NCBI GenBank assembly: GCA_016935095.1
Contig: JAFGRO010000002.1
Location: 3,306-67,305, forward strand
DNA: 64,000 nucleotides
Source of the DNA: Candidatus Woesearchaeota archaeon
GTDB taxonomy: Archaea; Nanobdellota; Nanobdellia; Woesearchaeales; GW2011-AR15
Reading direction: 5' to 3'
Both the position numbers and the translations under genes were made by a program. The stretch's first letter is position 1, and each line of letters opens with the position of its first letter. Below, in pieces: positions 27,105 through 36,563 of the stretch. Below the pieces are notes generated by a model. The model was not told the DNA's origin. It worked only from the letters and a program-made list of their open reading frames with translations, and made no database searches.

Positions 27105-28040
27105 TTATTTGTTTAACAGAATATTTACTGTTTTATTTACAGCCTCTTCAGAATTAAATTCAGGCTTCCAGCCTAGATTACAGATTTTTCCAGCAGATAA
27201 ATATGAAACAGGGACGTCTCCTTTCCAGCCCTGTTTTGAGCCTGTATATTTTAATTTTACATTTTTTAGTTCCATTCCTTTAATGACTGATTTTGCAATA
27301 AAGTTCACATCACAAGTCCCCTCAGAAGCAAGATTAAAAATATTCAGCTGTTCTTTGGAATTATTCAACCCGAAAAAAATTCCTTTAATGCAATCTTCCA
27401 CATATAAATAATGCTTGGTCTGGTGGCCATCCCCTAATATCAATAACTCATCGGGATTTTTTTTAAGCTTTTTAATAAAATCAAAAATCACGCCATGAGT
27501 TTGTCTTTTCCCGATAATATTTGCAAACCTGAATATCCATGCCCTGAAATTGAAAATATGGCAAAACGCACTGATTAAATTTTCAGAATAGACTTTGCTT
27601 GCAGCATATAGTGAGATAGTTAATTTTCCGCTGTAATTTTCATCAGCAACATCTTTACCGGTATTGCCATAGACTGTGCCGCTGGATGAAAACACAATTT
27701 TATTAATATTATTTAATCTCATGGCTTCAAGGACATTATATGTTGCTACGGCATTTTGCTTTAAATCCAGATTAGTCTCTTTTAAGCCGCGTAAAACATC
27801 AGGGTTGGCTGCAAAATGAAAGACAACATCATGCTCTTTAATAGAATCTTTGAGCTTTTCAAAATCCAGTATATCTGCATGAATAAACTTGAATTTATCA
27901 TTTTCAAAATAGTGCTTTAAAAAATCCTTTTTTCCAGAGCTTAGATTATCATAAACAGTTACAGTATGACCTTCTTCAATTAGCATGTCAACTAAATTAC
28001 TTCCAATGAATCCGGCTCCTCCTGTGATAAATGCTTTCAT
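27105..28040 (-). CDS. NAD-dependent nucleotide-sugar epimerase/dehydratase (SDR extended family)
   Basis: MKAFITGGAGFIGSNLVDMLIEEGHTVTVYDNLSSG. YxxxK is expected at YAASK. First gene of the heptose operon. Confidence 0.8.
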   Translation of the reverse strand: MKAFITGGAGFIGSNLVDMLIEEGHTVTVYDNLSSGKKDFLKHYFENDKFKFIHADILDFEKLKDSIKEHDVVFHFAANPDVLRGLKETNLDLKQNAVATYNVLEAMRLNNINKIVFSSSGTVYGNTGKDVADENYSGKLTISLYAASKVYSENLISAFCHIFNFRAWIFRFANIIGKRQTHGVIFDFIKKLKKNPDELLILGDGHQTKHYLYVEDCIKGIFFGLNNSKEQLNIFNLASEGTCDVNFIAKSVIKGMELKNVKLKYTGSKQGWKGDVPVSYLSAGKICNLGWKPEFNSEEAVNKTVNILLNK

Positions 28041-28387
28041 ATTATAATTCTTCTACAATGTAAATATTAGATTTCTATAAATTGGGAATATATTTAAATA
28101 TTGTGAAACCTTTTTTAAGATTAAATGGGACTAAAATTAGAAAAATCCTGTTAAATCAATGTCTACTTGTGTTTTTTCTTCTCTTTTCAGCAACATTTGT
28201 CACATATGATAGCATAGCTACACGTGTGCAATATCAGATTTTTTACAATTAAAAAAAGAAAGTCCTTTTGTTAAACAATCTGTTTTTATGCTCTCATTTA
28301 TATTTGCACAGATGCTTGTTACAAATACAGTTATACGGGCTTTCTTTTTAACCTGACTTGTTATAATTACACGGGCATTGTACTGTG

Positions 28388-29935
28388 TTAAGGAATTGAA
28401 GTAAGTATAGAACTTTTGACAGTATTTATACTTGTATTATCTTTTTTTGGGACTAAAATATTAGCTACAACTTTTGGGAGCCCGCTAACATCCTGCTTTC
28501 TGATATGTTCAATACCACATCTTAACAGAAATAATATCTGATTTATTGTAAATAACATCTTTGGAATCTTAATATTGCCTTTTTTATTATATACTTTAAG
28601 TAGAATTCGTGAAAGGGTTTTATTCTGCGTACTCTGTATGACAGTGAGAATGTAATTTAACAATTTGTAGTTTGGATTAAACATACTATCGTTGTAATAT
28701 TTTTCAAGTAAGTTCAGCTCTTTTGCTTTATTGTATAATTCTGTACCAGGATAAAATCGAAGGGAGTATAAGAATAATGTAAATTTTCCCTTTAAATTCA
28801 GCAAAAACTTAATTGTGGAGAGCAAATCTTCTTCATTATTAACTAAAGGATTATCCATGATAATATCATAATAGGGAAATACTAAATTATTATAACTATT
28901 AATCATATCATTAACTTCAATAATTTTTGATATATTGGTAGGTCTCCTGTATAGTTTTAAGGTTTTCAAATCAGCTGATTGTATACCCATCCTTGTTCTC
29001 TTCATTCCCGCATTAACAAGAATGTCCAGTTTTTTTTTTGTGACAAAAGAAGGCATAAATCCCATTATTCCAAAAGGTATTTTTATCTCCTTTTTGTATA
29101 TTTTAGCAAATTGTTCAAGTGTTTCTTCTTTCATTGCTATGAAACCATCATCTGAAAAATTAATATATCTTATATCACGTGAAAGTGATAGGGCATATTT
29201 AATTTCATCAATTATATAATTAACACTATGGAATCTGAACTTCTCATATCCTTTTCCGATTTGTTTGTATTTGCTGTTTACACAATATGAGCAAGAATAT
29301 GGGCAACCTAAACTGGCAAAAATATGATACACAGAACCTATTAATTTTCTTCTGATCTTTTTATCTACTCTAATTATCTTATTTTTTTTAAGAATAAATT
29401 GATGACTAATTCCATAATCCGGAAAGGGCATATTATCAATGTTTTGTATTACAGGCCTAATCTTATTTTTTATAATTTTTCCATTTTGATTCATACTCCA
29501 AATATTCTGAATATTTGTTCTTGTTGGTTCTCTACAATACTCCAACAGGGAGTCAAACCCTTCTCCAATATTAATGAGGCCAGATATTTTTATTGCATCT
29601 TCAGGGAAGATAGTCGGATGAATCCCTCCCAAAATAATCGGTTTTTTTAGTTTTTTCAATGATTTGTACAATGAAGCAACTCTTTTCCTATCCATACTCA
29701 TCATTGTAATTCCAATTAAATCACACTCTTTTATTATTGAGTTTATTTGTTTAATTATGTTATTACTATACTCAGAAAAAGATTGTCTAAAAAATAATTG
29801 CCACATTTCTGAATACGTAGTTAAGAAGATAAGTTTTGTTTCAATTTTATTTTTTCTTAAGTAAGAAGACACCAACCTCAGACCATATGCCCTATAACTA
29901 TCTAATGGACTGATTAAGGCTACTTTTTTTATCAT
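28388..29935 (-). CDS. Cobalamin-binding radical SAM protein (second paralog)
   Basis: N-terminal B12-binding-like domain (VALISPLDS...DLIGITMM...ILGGIHPT). Radical-SAM motif SLGCPYSCSYC. Confidence 0.8.
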   Translation of the reverse strand: MIKKVALISPLDSYRAYGLRLVSSYLRKNKIETKLIFLTTYSEMWQLFFRQSFSEYSNNIIKQINSIIKECDLIGITMMSMDRKRVASLYKSLKKLKKPIILGGIHPTIFPEDAIKISGLINIGEGFDSLLEYCREPTRTNIQNIWSMNQNGKIIKNKIRPVIQNIDNMPFPDYGISHQFILKKNKIIRVDKKIRRKLIGSVYHIFASLGCPYSCSYCVNSKYKQIGKGYEKFRFHSVNYIIDEIKYALSLSRDIRYINFSDDGFIAMKEETLEQFAKIYKKEIKIPFGIMGFMPSFVTKKKLDILVNAGMKRTRMGIQSADLKTLKLYRRPTNISKIIEVNDMINSYNNLVFPYYDIIMDNPLVNNEEDLLSTIKFLLNLKGKFTLFLYSLRFYPGTELYNKAKELNLLEKYYNDSMFNPNYKLLNYILTVIQSTQNKTLSRILLKVYNKKGNIKIPKMLFTINQILFLLRCGIEHIRKQDVSGLPKVVANILVPKKDNTSINTVKSSILTSIP

Positions 29936-30169
29936 ATTTTTTTAAATAAGTAAATTCTATTTAAAACCTTCGATATCTGAGTTTCACTTTAAAAATAATA
30001 ATTTTTGACCAACAAAATTAATGACCAATAACCCAAATATTTTATCAGATATATTAAGAAACTTCACAAAAAAGATTAGACTTAAAATACTAATTACTCA
30101 TGAAAGGCCATATACTGAAAAAATCCCATGATTTTTTTATTTTGAGATTATCTCTATTCTTTGATATTT

Positions 30170-30916
30170 TCAGGGTTTTTGGTAAACAAAAAACAGAGAT
30201 AAACCCACTGGAAAATGAAAAGAATGTTTAATTAAAAAATTTTCAAAATTCAGTATCCTGTATAAAATCCAGTTAAAAAGAGGATTAAGGTTAATTAATT
30301 CGGATTTTTCATCTTTAACAAAAATCTTAAGAATTAATTTTCTGAAAGCCATAGGAAAAAATAAAATACAATTCCAATAATAAATGTAAACCTTTTTAAA
30401 TTTTTTAAATAATCTTTCAATGTCTCTTTTTGAATATCTCCTATAGTGTTTTTCATATAGGTCCATGGGTCCAAATAAAACCTTATGTGCCGGAACAGTG
30501 CCAATAAACAGACCTCCTTTTTTTAAGATTCGAAAAGCTTCTTTTACTGTTTTTTTATCATCTTTGATATGTTCAAGAACATCTGAACAAATTACAATAT
30601 CAAACTTTTTTTTAAAATCCAGCTTGTTGGCATCCATTAATAAAATCTTTTTTTGTTTTTTTTTTAATATATTAACTATTTTTATGGAAATGTCAATAGA
30701 AGTTACATCTCCGTATTTTTCATATGATTCAATATCTTCACCGACACCTACTCCTTCATTTAATATTATAACCTTCTTTTTGTTTTTCTTAAGAACCAGC
30801 ATTTCAAGGAATTTTGCAATTAATTCTCTTTTTGCACGAAACCACCAGTAATCTTTCTGATAGCCTAATGTTTTATAATCCTGATAATCCATTTTTTTCT
30901 TTAAACTTACTGTCAA
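30170..30916 (-). CDS. Class I SAM-dependent methyltransferase
   Basis: VIILNEGVGVGED is motif I. DIVICSDVLEHI and LKKGGLFI resemble motifs II and III. Confidence 0.7.
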   Translation of the reverse strand: MTVSLKKKMDYQDYKTLGYQKDYWWFRAKRELIAKFLEMLVLKKNKKKVIILNEGVGVGEDIESYEKYGDVTSIDISIKIVNILKKKQKKILLMDANKLDFKKKFDIVICSDVLEHIKDDKKTVKEAFRILKKGGLFIGTVPAHKVLFGPMDLYEKHYRRYSKRDIERLFKKFKKVYIYYWNCILFFPMAFRKLILKIFVKDEKSELINLNPLFNWILYRILNFENFLIKHSFHFPVGLSLFFVYQKP

Positions 30917-31595
30917 GTCTTCTTTTTAAAACTATTAAATCAAATGCCATTTTAAAGGGATCATAAATACTCATTTTGCTATTATCCTTGTGTTCCCATT
31001 CAATAGGAATATTTGTTAAAGTAAAATTTAATTTATTAATCCTGTAAAATAATTCAACATCAAAAATCCACCCTGTTGAATCTAATGAACTGAATAATTT
31101 TCTTGCCACATCTGATTTAAACCCTTTAAATCCACAAAGATTATCTTCAATCCCTAAACCGAAGATTAAATTAACATATGGGTTAAACAAAGAGGAGGTA
31201 AATTTTCTTAATAAAGGTTGATTTATACTTGATTCTTCTAATGACCTGTTTCCGACAACAACATCATACTCCTCCAGTTTTTCAATCATTTTCGGAATCT
31301 CTTTTGGCTTAATTGAGCCATCTGCATCAATAAACATGACTTTTTCTGCCTTTGAGCTGAATATTCCTTTTCTTATTGCATATCCTTTCCCGCGGTTTTT
31401 TGAGTAGGTAATTATTCTGCAGTTATTATTCTGCACTTTTTTAAGTTTAGATAATGTTCTGTCAGTGCTGCCGTCATTGACTAATATAATCTCATAATCT
31501 TCTAATCCTTCTTTACAAAAAGAGATGAGTTCATTTAAGAAAGGAAGAGCCCTTTTCTCTTCATTGTACAAAGGAACTATTATTGAACAATCCAT
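30873..31595 (-). CDS. Family 2 glycosyltransferase, polyprenol-phosphate sugar synthase-like (GtrB/DPM1-like, soluble form)
   Basis: CSIIVPLYNEEKRALPFL..EIILVNDGSTDRT...FIDADG are GT2 signature motifs. Confidence 0.8.
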   Translation of the reverse strand: MDCSIIVPLYNEEKRALPFLNELISFCKEGLEDYEIILVNDGSTDRTLSKLKKVQNNNCRIITYSKNRGKGYAIRKGIFSSKAEKVMFIDADGSIKPKEIPKMIEKLEEYDVVVGNRSLEESSINQPLLRKFTSSLFNPYVNLIFGLGIEDNLCGFKGFKSDVARKLFSSLDSTGWIFDVELFYRINKLNFTLTNIPIEWEHKDNSKMSIYDPFKMAFDLIVLKRRLDSKFKEKNGLSGL

Positions 31596-31601
31596 TCTAT
31601 T

Positions 31602-32531
31602 TCATCTGTTTTTTTCAAGTGTTTTTATCTCCATCAGCGCACTAGGGATTAAGATGTTATAAGCATACAACATGTATCTAAAAACAGAGTTACCTATAAA
31701 AAGTTGTGCAAGTATTAAAAAAATCAAAGGAAATGCTTTTTTTACAAACCGCGGAGCTATCTTATAATTTTTTAAAGCAAATATCCAAATACTTGAATAA
31801 ATTATTATTACAATTAAAAGATAATAGGGTCTAGTAAGCAGCATTCTTAAACCAAACCAGTTATCCTTTAAATTAGCATAAAATATGGGATCTCCAACTT
31901 CGGTTCCACCTAAATTAAACTTTATTAAATAAACAGTTATTATTATTAAAGCAATTAACAAACCGGTTCTTACTAATTTTTTTTTTTGAAGAAAATAAAA
32001 AACAGGGCAAAATAAAATTTGAATCTTGTTTAATGCACCAATTACACATACTAAACAGAGCCACATAAAATGTGCATTAATAAGCATTAAATAAAAAAAT
32101 AATGTTTGCAGAAAAATTGAAATTGCATCTGCTTTTACCCATACTAAATAATGAGTTGAGGGATTAAGCAAAAAAAGCAACACTCCAATAAATGCAATAA
32201 TTCTGGAAAAACCTAGCTTTTTTAAATAATAAAAAAACACAATAGTTGTAGAAATAACAAAAAAAGAATTTAATATAAAAAAGTTAATATGAACATTAAA
32301 GGGAAGAAACTTGACTAACAAGGGAGTTAATATCCTGTATTTCATATTTGTATTTTCCTGGAGTAACTTTCCTTGACTCATCTCAATATAAGTCTTGCTG
32401 TCCCATGACTCTTCCCAGTACTGGTGGTAGAATCTATAGCTTATTCCGGACCAGAGAGTTGCACAAGCCCCTAAAATAAGAATAATTATAATTAAATCTT
32501 TTTTCAATTCTTTAGATAAAATCAAAACCAC
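31602..32531 (-). CDS. Polytopic integral membrane protein (about 9 predicted TM helices), unknown function. Possible glycan polymerase or GT-C-like component.
   Basis: Hydrophobic throughout with regularly spaced ~20-aa apolar segments. No recognisable soluble domain. Confidence 0.45.
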   Translation of the reverse strand: MVLILSKELKKDLIIIILILGACATLWSGISYRFYHQYWEESWDSKTYIEMSQGKLLQENTNMKYRILTPLLVKFLPFNVHINFFILNSFFVISTTIVFFYYLKKLGFSRIIAFIGVLLFLLNPSTHYLVWVKADAISIFLQTLFFYLMLINAHFMWLCLVCVIGALNKIQILFCPVFYFLQKKKLVRTGLLIALIIITVYLIKFNLGGTEVGDPIFYANLKDNWFGLRMLLTRPYYLLIVIIIYSSIWIFALKNYKIAPRFVKKAFPLIFLILAQLFIGNSVFRYMLYAYNILIPSALMEIKTLEKNR

Positions 32532-32534
32532 CTG

Positions 32535-32888
32535 CTACTTTTTCATTCTCATTAAACAAACTCCAAGACCCCCTAAAAATACTAATAGAGGAATTAATAT
32601 ATATATAAATTTATTCAATGGGACACCGATCATTGATAAGATAAACCACAAAGTCGGACAGACAACCAGGCCGATAATATTGCAGATAATAAATTTTTCA
32701 ATAAATGAGAGATCTAAAAGAGAGGTCCATGTAAGATATGGAAAAAAGAACAAATACCAATAAACAACTCCGAATTTCAATGCTTTTAAAATATCATTGA
32801 AAACAGCACCAATAATTAACCAGACAATTAATCCGGAGATGCCTAAATAAATCATGTCTTTATTTCTTTTATCTCTTTGTTTTTTCAT
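32535..32888 (-). CDS. Small 4-TM membrane protein, GtrA-like (polyprenol-linked sugar translocation family)
   Basis: 117 aa with four hydrophobic helices. Neighbours a GtrB-like GT2 and a UbiA-family enzyme. Confidence 0.45.
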   Translation of the reverse strand: MKKQRDKRNKDMIYLGISGLIVWLIIGAVFNDILKALKFGVVYWYLFFFPYLTWTSLLDLSFIEKFIICNIIGLVVCPTLWFILSMIGVPLNKFIYILIPLLVFLGGLGVCLMRMKK

Positions 32889-34485
32889 TTTTCAGTATAA
32901 CAATATTGTTCTGCTCATAAATTTTCGTAAAATTATTTATGTTTATGAGAATATCATTAATTATAAACTGGTTCAGTTGCCAGATGTTCTGGTTTAGATG
33001 CTCAAAAATAATATAATCAAAGTCTATGAACCGTTTAGGACAAAATCCAATTTCCTGTTTTTCATAATTAAAAAGAGACAGCTCTTTTTCAAACCTGATA
33101 ACAAAACTGCTTCCTTCCGGGCAAAAATCAATCTCAGGGAGTTCTCTGTTTTCTGCAATATATTGTGCTGCTTCCGGAAGTCTTTCAACTTCTAAAATAT
33201 AGTTTGCCCTTTTAAGGAACATATTTGCTCCCTGGTAAAACCCGTCAAAAAAGAAAATTAAGTCATCTTCAGTGGTTATACTGTTCAGCCAGTTCAGCAA
33301 ATCAAACTTCTCTTTTGTTATATGCTGGTATTGTAGCCTGTTTTTTAATTCAGTATAATGAGGGATTCCCGCTGCAATAAATATTAAACAAACAGCTAAA
33401 ACTATAATTGTTTTATTCAGGTTGATTAAATTTGCAATATTTTTTACAAGGAGAGAATAAATAATATAAGCTGCTATCGGATAAACAAAAAAAGGCAAAA
33501 TTGCCTTATGTCTTAAGATATAAGTCGGAACTATAAACATTGCGCCTATGTAAATATAGGCAAAGAAATAACCTTCTAATAAAATAAAATCCTTGTATTT
33601 TTTCCAGTTTAGTAATACCTGAATTAAGCCTGTTATTGCCAAAATCAATATTATTATTGACAAATCACTTAATTCCGGAAAAAGCAGGGGAATCTTTTCA
33701 GAAGGTATATGGAATTTAATACTGTTTTTGCCCCTGTTTTCAAACCACATTAATACCCTTGGTATGTAAAGTACAAACGGGATTATTGAAATGAGACCCA
33801 TGATCAGGATTCTCCTGGATATCTGGATTATATTTTTGCATTTGATGATCTTAATTAGAACAATAAACAGTAATGGAATAAAAGCAGCAAGCTCAGAAAA
33901 ATGGCTTAAGTAAATCCCTGTTAATGCTAATGTTAAAACAATTGTTTTCCAGAACTTTTCTTCAATTACGTAATCATAGAAGATATAATATGAAAATATT
34001 AATAACAGATTGCCCAGTGCCTGGATGCTCATGCCAATGTATGAGTTATAGATCCATACGTCTATATTAAATGGGAGAACAAACATGCTCCCTGCAATCA
34101 ATCCGATTTTTTTTGAATTAAAAATCTTTGATGCAAAAATATATATTATCAATATCTGGAATGCATTGTAAACCATCCCGAAAATAGCCGAAATATTCCA
34201 TGTCTGCAATCCTGTCACTTTTCCTGTTGCTGCAACATGAATATAAAATAAGGGGGGAAGTACATTGATAATATCTGCTTTATTATACACAAAATAAGGC
34301 GGCATATTTTTATAGGATCCTGTATTGATGATATTATCTGCAACAAGCTGATGATTAAATGCATCTGCTGCCTTAAGGTTTCCTGGATAATCAAAAATAC
34401 CTACCGTTGAAATTCTGAGAATTAAACCCAAAACAAATAAAATAAGGATTATCCAGTCTTCATTGATTATTATTTTATTTTTCAT
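32869..34485 (-). CDS. Large polytopic membrane protein (about 11 TM helices) with a C-terminal soluble domain of roughly 160 aa. Candidate GT-C-type glycosyltransferase.
   Basis: Topology inferred by eye from the hydrophobic profile. The C-terminal ~160 aa (LKNRLQYQHITKEKF...) are hydrophilic. Confidence 0.45.
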   Translation of the reverse strand: MKNKIIINEDWIILILFVLGLILRISTVGIFDYPGNLKAADAFNHQLVADNIINTGSYKNMPPYFVYNKADIINVLPPLFYIHVAATGKVTGLQTWNISAIFGMVYNAFQILIIYIFASKIFNSKKIGLIAGSMFVLPFNIDVWIYNSYIGMSIQALGNLLLIFSYYIFYDYVIEEKFWKTIVLTLALTGIYLSHFSELAAFIPLLFIVLIKIIKCKNIIQISRRILIMGLISIIPFVLYIPRVLMWFENRGKNSIKFHIPSEKIPLLFPELSDLSIIILILAITGLIQVLLNWKKYKDFILLEGYFFAYIYIGAMFIVPTYILRHKAILPFFVYPIAAYIIYSLLVKNIANLINLNKTIIVLAVCLIFIAAGIPHYTELKNRLQYQHITKEKFDLLNWLNSITTEDDLIFFFDGFYQGANMFLKRANYILEVERLPEAAQYIAENRELPEIDFCPEGSSFVIRFEKELSLFNYEKQEIGFCPKRFIDFDYIIFEHLNQNIWQLNQFIINDILININNFTKIYEQNNIVILKNEKTKR

Positions 34486-34488
34486 TAT

Positions 34489-35361
34489 CTATAAAAAGTA
34501 TACCGAAATAAATGCAATTACTGCCCAGAGCAGGATTCCGGAAAAAATCTTTTTGTCCTTGTATATCAAATGGGGATGCCTTGTAATTTTTGAGCCTGAT
34601 TCCACAAGGTAAAGATACCTGAAAATCACATACAAGGAAACAGGCAGGCTAAACAAAAGATAAGTGAATTCACTAAAAAAGATATACAGGCTGTAAACAA
34701 TAATCAATATTGTAGTTGAGATTACTGTTAATGCCTTAGTCAGGCTCAGATTATAATAGCCCAGAACTTTTTTATGGGAGACAGATTTTTTTCCTAACAG
34801 CTTCAAGTCAGATTCCCTTTTGCTGACAGATAAAAACAATGATAAAAAAAAAGGACAGAAAATCAGCCATTGGCTTACTTTTACATAAGGGAGGTTGCCC
34901 TGTGAAATTACAAAAGCGCCGCTTACAGCCCTTATTACAAAATTTATTGCAATAATGACAACATCAATAAATGGCTCATTTTTTAATATCAGTGAATAAA
35001 AAGTCCCGGTTATAAAAAGGCTTAAAACAAAAATAAAAAACATTAATGATAAATTAAAACTGCTTAAAAAAGATACTATTAATAATAATGATGCTATAAT
35101 AACTGCACTTAGTTTTGTAATTCTTCCGGATGCCAGCGGTCTTGTCCTTTTTTCAGGGTGTGCTTTATCCTGCTTAATATCAATTAAATCGTTAATTATA
35201 TAATTCACAGAAGAAACCAGGCATAATATAAAGAACCCGTAAACTGTTTTCTGGATTGCAGATAAATTAAATAATTGTTTAGCAAACACCAGAGGAAGAA
35301 ATATTACCAGATTTTTATAATACTGGTGAGGTCTTGCGAGCTTTATTAAATCTTTAATCAT
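34489..35361 (-). CDS. UbiA-family prenyltransferase, decaprenyl-phosphate phosphoribosyltransferase (DPPR synthase)-like
   Basis: LARPHQYYKNLVIFLPLVFA plus the Asp-rich motif NDLIDIKQDKAHPEKRTRPLASG (NDxxDxxxD) typical of the UbiA/DPPR-synthase clade. 8-9 TM helices. Confidence 0.8.
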   Translation of the reverse strand: MIKDLIKLARPHQYYKNLVIFLPLVFAKQLFNLSAIQKTVYGFFILCLVSSVNYIINDLIDIKQDKAHPEKRTRPLASGRITKLSAVIIASLLLIVSFLSSFNLSLMFFIFVLSLFITGTFYSLILKNEPFIDVVIIAINFVIRAVSGAFVISQGNLPYVKVSQWLIFCPFFLSLFLSVSKRESDLKLLGKKSVSHKKVLGYYNLSLTKALTVISTTILIIVYSLYIFFSEFTYLLFSLPVSLYVIFRYLYLVESGSKITRHPHLIYKDKKIFSGILLWAVIAFISVYFL

Positions 35362-35435
35362 TCAATTAAATAAATATTGATTTTTTATAAATTTTTCTGG
35401 CAATAAAGAAAATTTTTTTAAACTGGGCTGAATTC

Positions 35436-36518
35436 ATGGAAAATATGGCTAAGTCAAAAGTCATAGTTTTAAAAACAAAACCAGGCAATGTGCTCAATGA
35501 TTACAAAAAGCTGATGGAACTTGCTGATTTTAAAAAACACATTCCTGTTAATGAAGAGACTTTAATCAAATTGAATTTGTCCTGGTCATTGTATTTTCCC
35601 GCATGCTCAACAGAACCATGGCAGCTCGAGGGAGTTCTCAAAACATTGATTGGCTCAAATTATAATCCAAAAAAACTGCATGCAGTTGAAAATAAGACTG
35701 TTGTTACAAATGTCTGGAAAGGGGCAAAAGGCAATAAATGGCTGCCCTTATTAAAAAAATATAATGTTGAATATGAGCCGCTGACAGAAGTAAAATGGGT
35801 TAAGTATAAGCCAAAAGCAAAACTAGATGCAATTCCACAGCTTTATCCTGAAGGTCATTTGATTCCTGAGATGTTTATTGGAAAGAACATTATACATCTT
35901 CCTACAGTCAAAACACACGGCCATACAACAATTACCGGCTCTATGAAAAATGCATTCGGCGGCCTGATTACAGAAAGAAGACATCATTCCCATAAGCTTA
36001 TACATGAGGTATTGGTTGATTTATTAAAAATCCAGAAGGAAATTCACCCGAATATATTTACTGTAATGGATGGCACTGTCTGTGGAGAAGGTGCAGGACC
36101 GCGCACAATGGAGCCGGTGATTAAAGATTATATTTTAGCCAGCTCTGACCCAGTGGCAATTGATGCTGTCTCTGCAAAAATGATGGGTTTTGAGCCATTG
36201 AAAATTAAATTTATAAAAATGGCTAATGATTACGGTCTCGGCAAAGGAGATTTAAGCCAGGTTGAAGTTATTGGTGAAGATATTTCAAAAATAAATTTCG
36301 GGTTCAAAACAAAAAAATCACTTGTGGTTTTTTTTGACCAGATATTGAGGACAAAATATCCTGTCCTGGAGCCAATCCTTTTTCATACGCCTCTATTTAA
36401 GATATGCATATTCGGCAGTGCATTTTATCATGATTATTTATGGTACCCGGTTGTTGGCAAAAGAAAAATCAGGAAATTCCTGAAAACAGAATGGGGGGAA
36501 TTATTCAGTAAATATTGA
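35436..36518 (+). CDS. DUF362-domain protein (COG2006-like; uncharacterised)
   Basis: The KTHGHTTITGSMKNAFGGL region and overall length fit DUF362. Assigned from memory of the family pattern; moderate certainty. Confidence 0.55.
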   Translation: MENMAKSKVIVLKTKPGNVLNDYKKLMELADFKKHIPVNEETLIKLNLSWSLYFPACSTEPWQLEGVLKTLIGSNYNPKKLHAVENKTVVTNVWKGAKGNKWLPLLKKYNVEYEPLTEVKWVKYKPKAKLDAIPQLYPEGHLIPEMFIGKNIIHLPTVKTHGHTTITGSMKNAFGGLITERRHHSHKLIHEVLVDLLKIQKEIHPNIFTVMDGTVCGEGAGPRTMEPVIKDYILASSDPVAIDAVSAKMMGFEPLKIKFIKMANDYGLGKGDLSQVEVIGEDISKINFGFKTKKSLVVFFDQILRTKYPVLEPILFHTPLFKICIFGSAFYHDYLWYPVVGKRKIRKFLKTEWGELFSKY

Positions 36519-36563
36519 TTAATTTCCAAAAATAATATATATTGTTCTTTATTTTTCCGGGTT

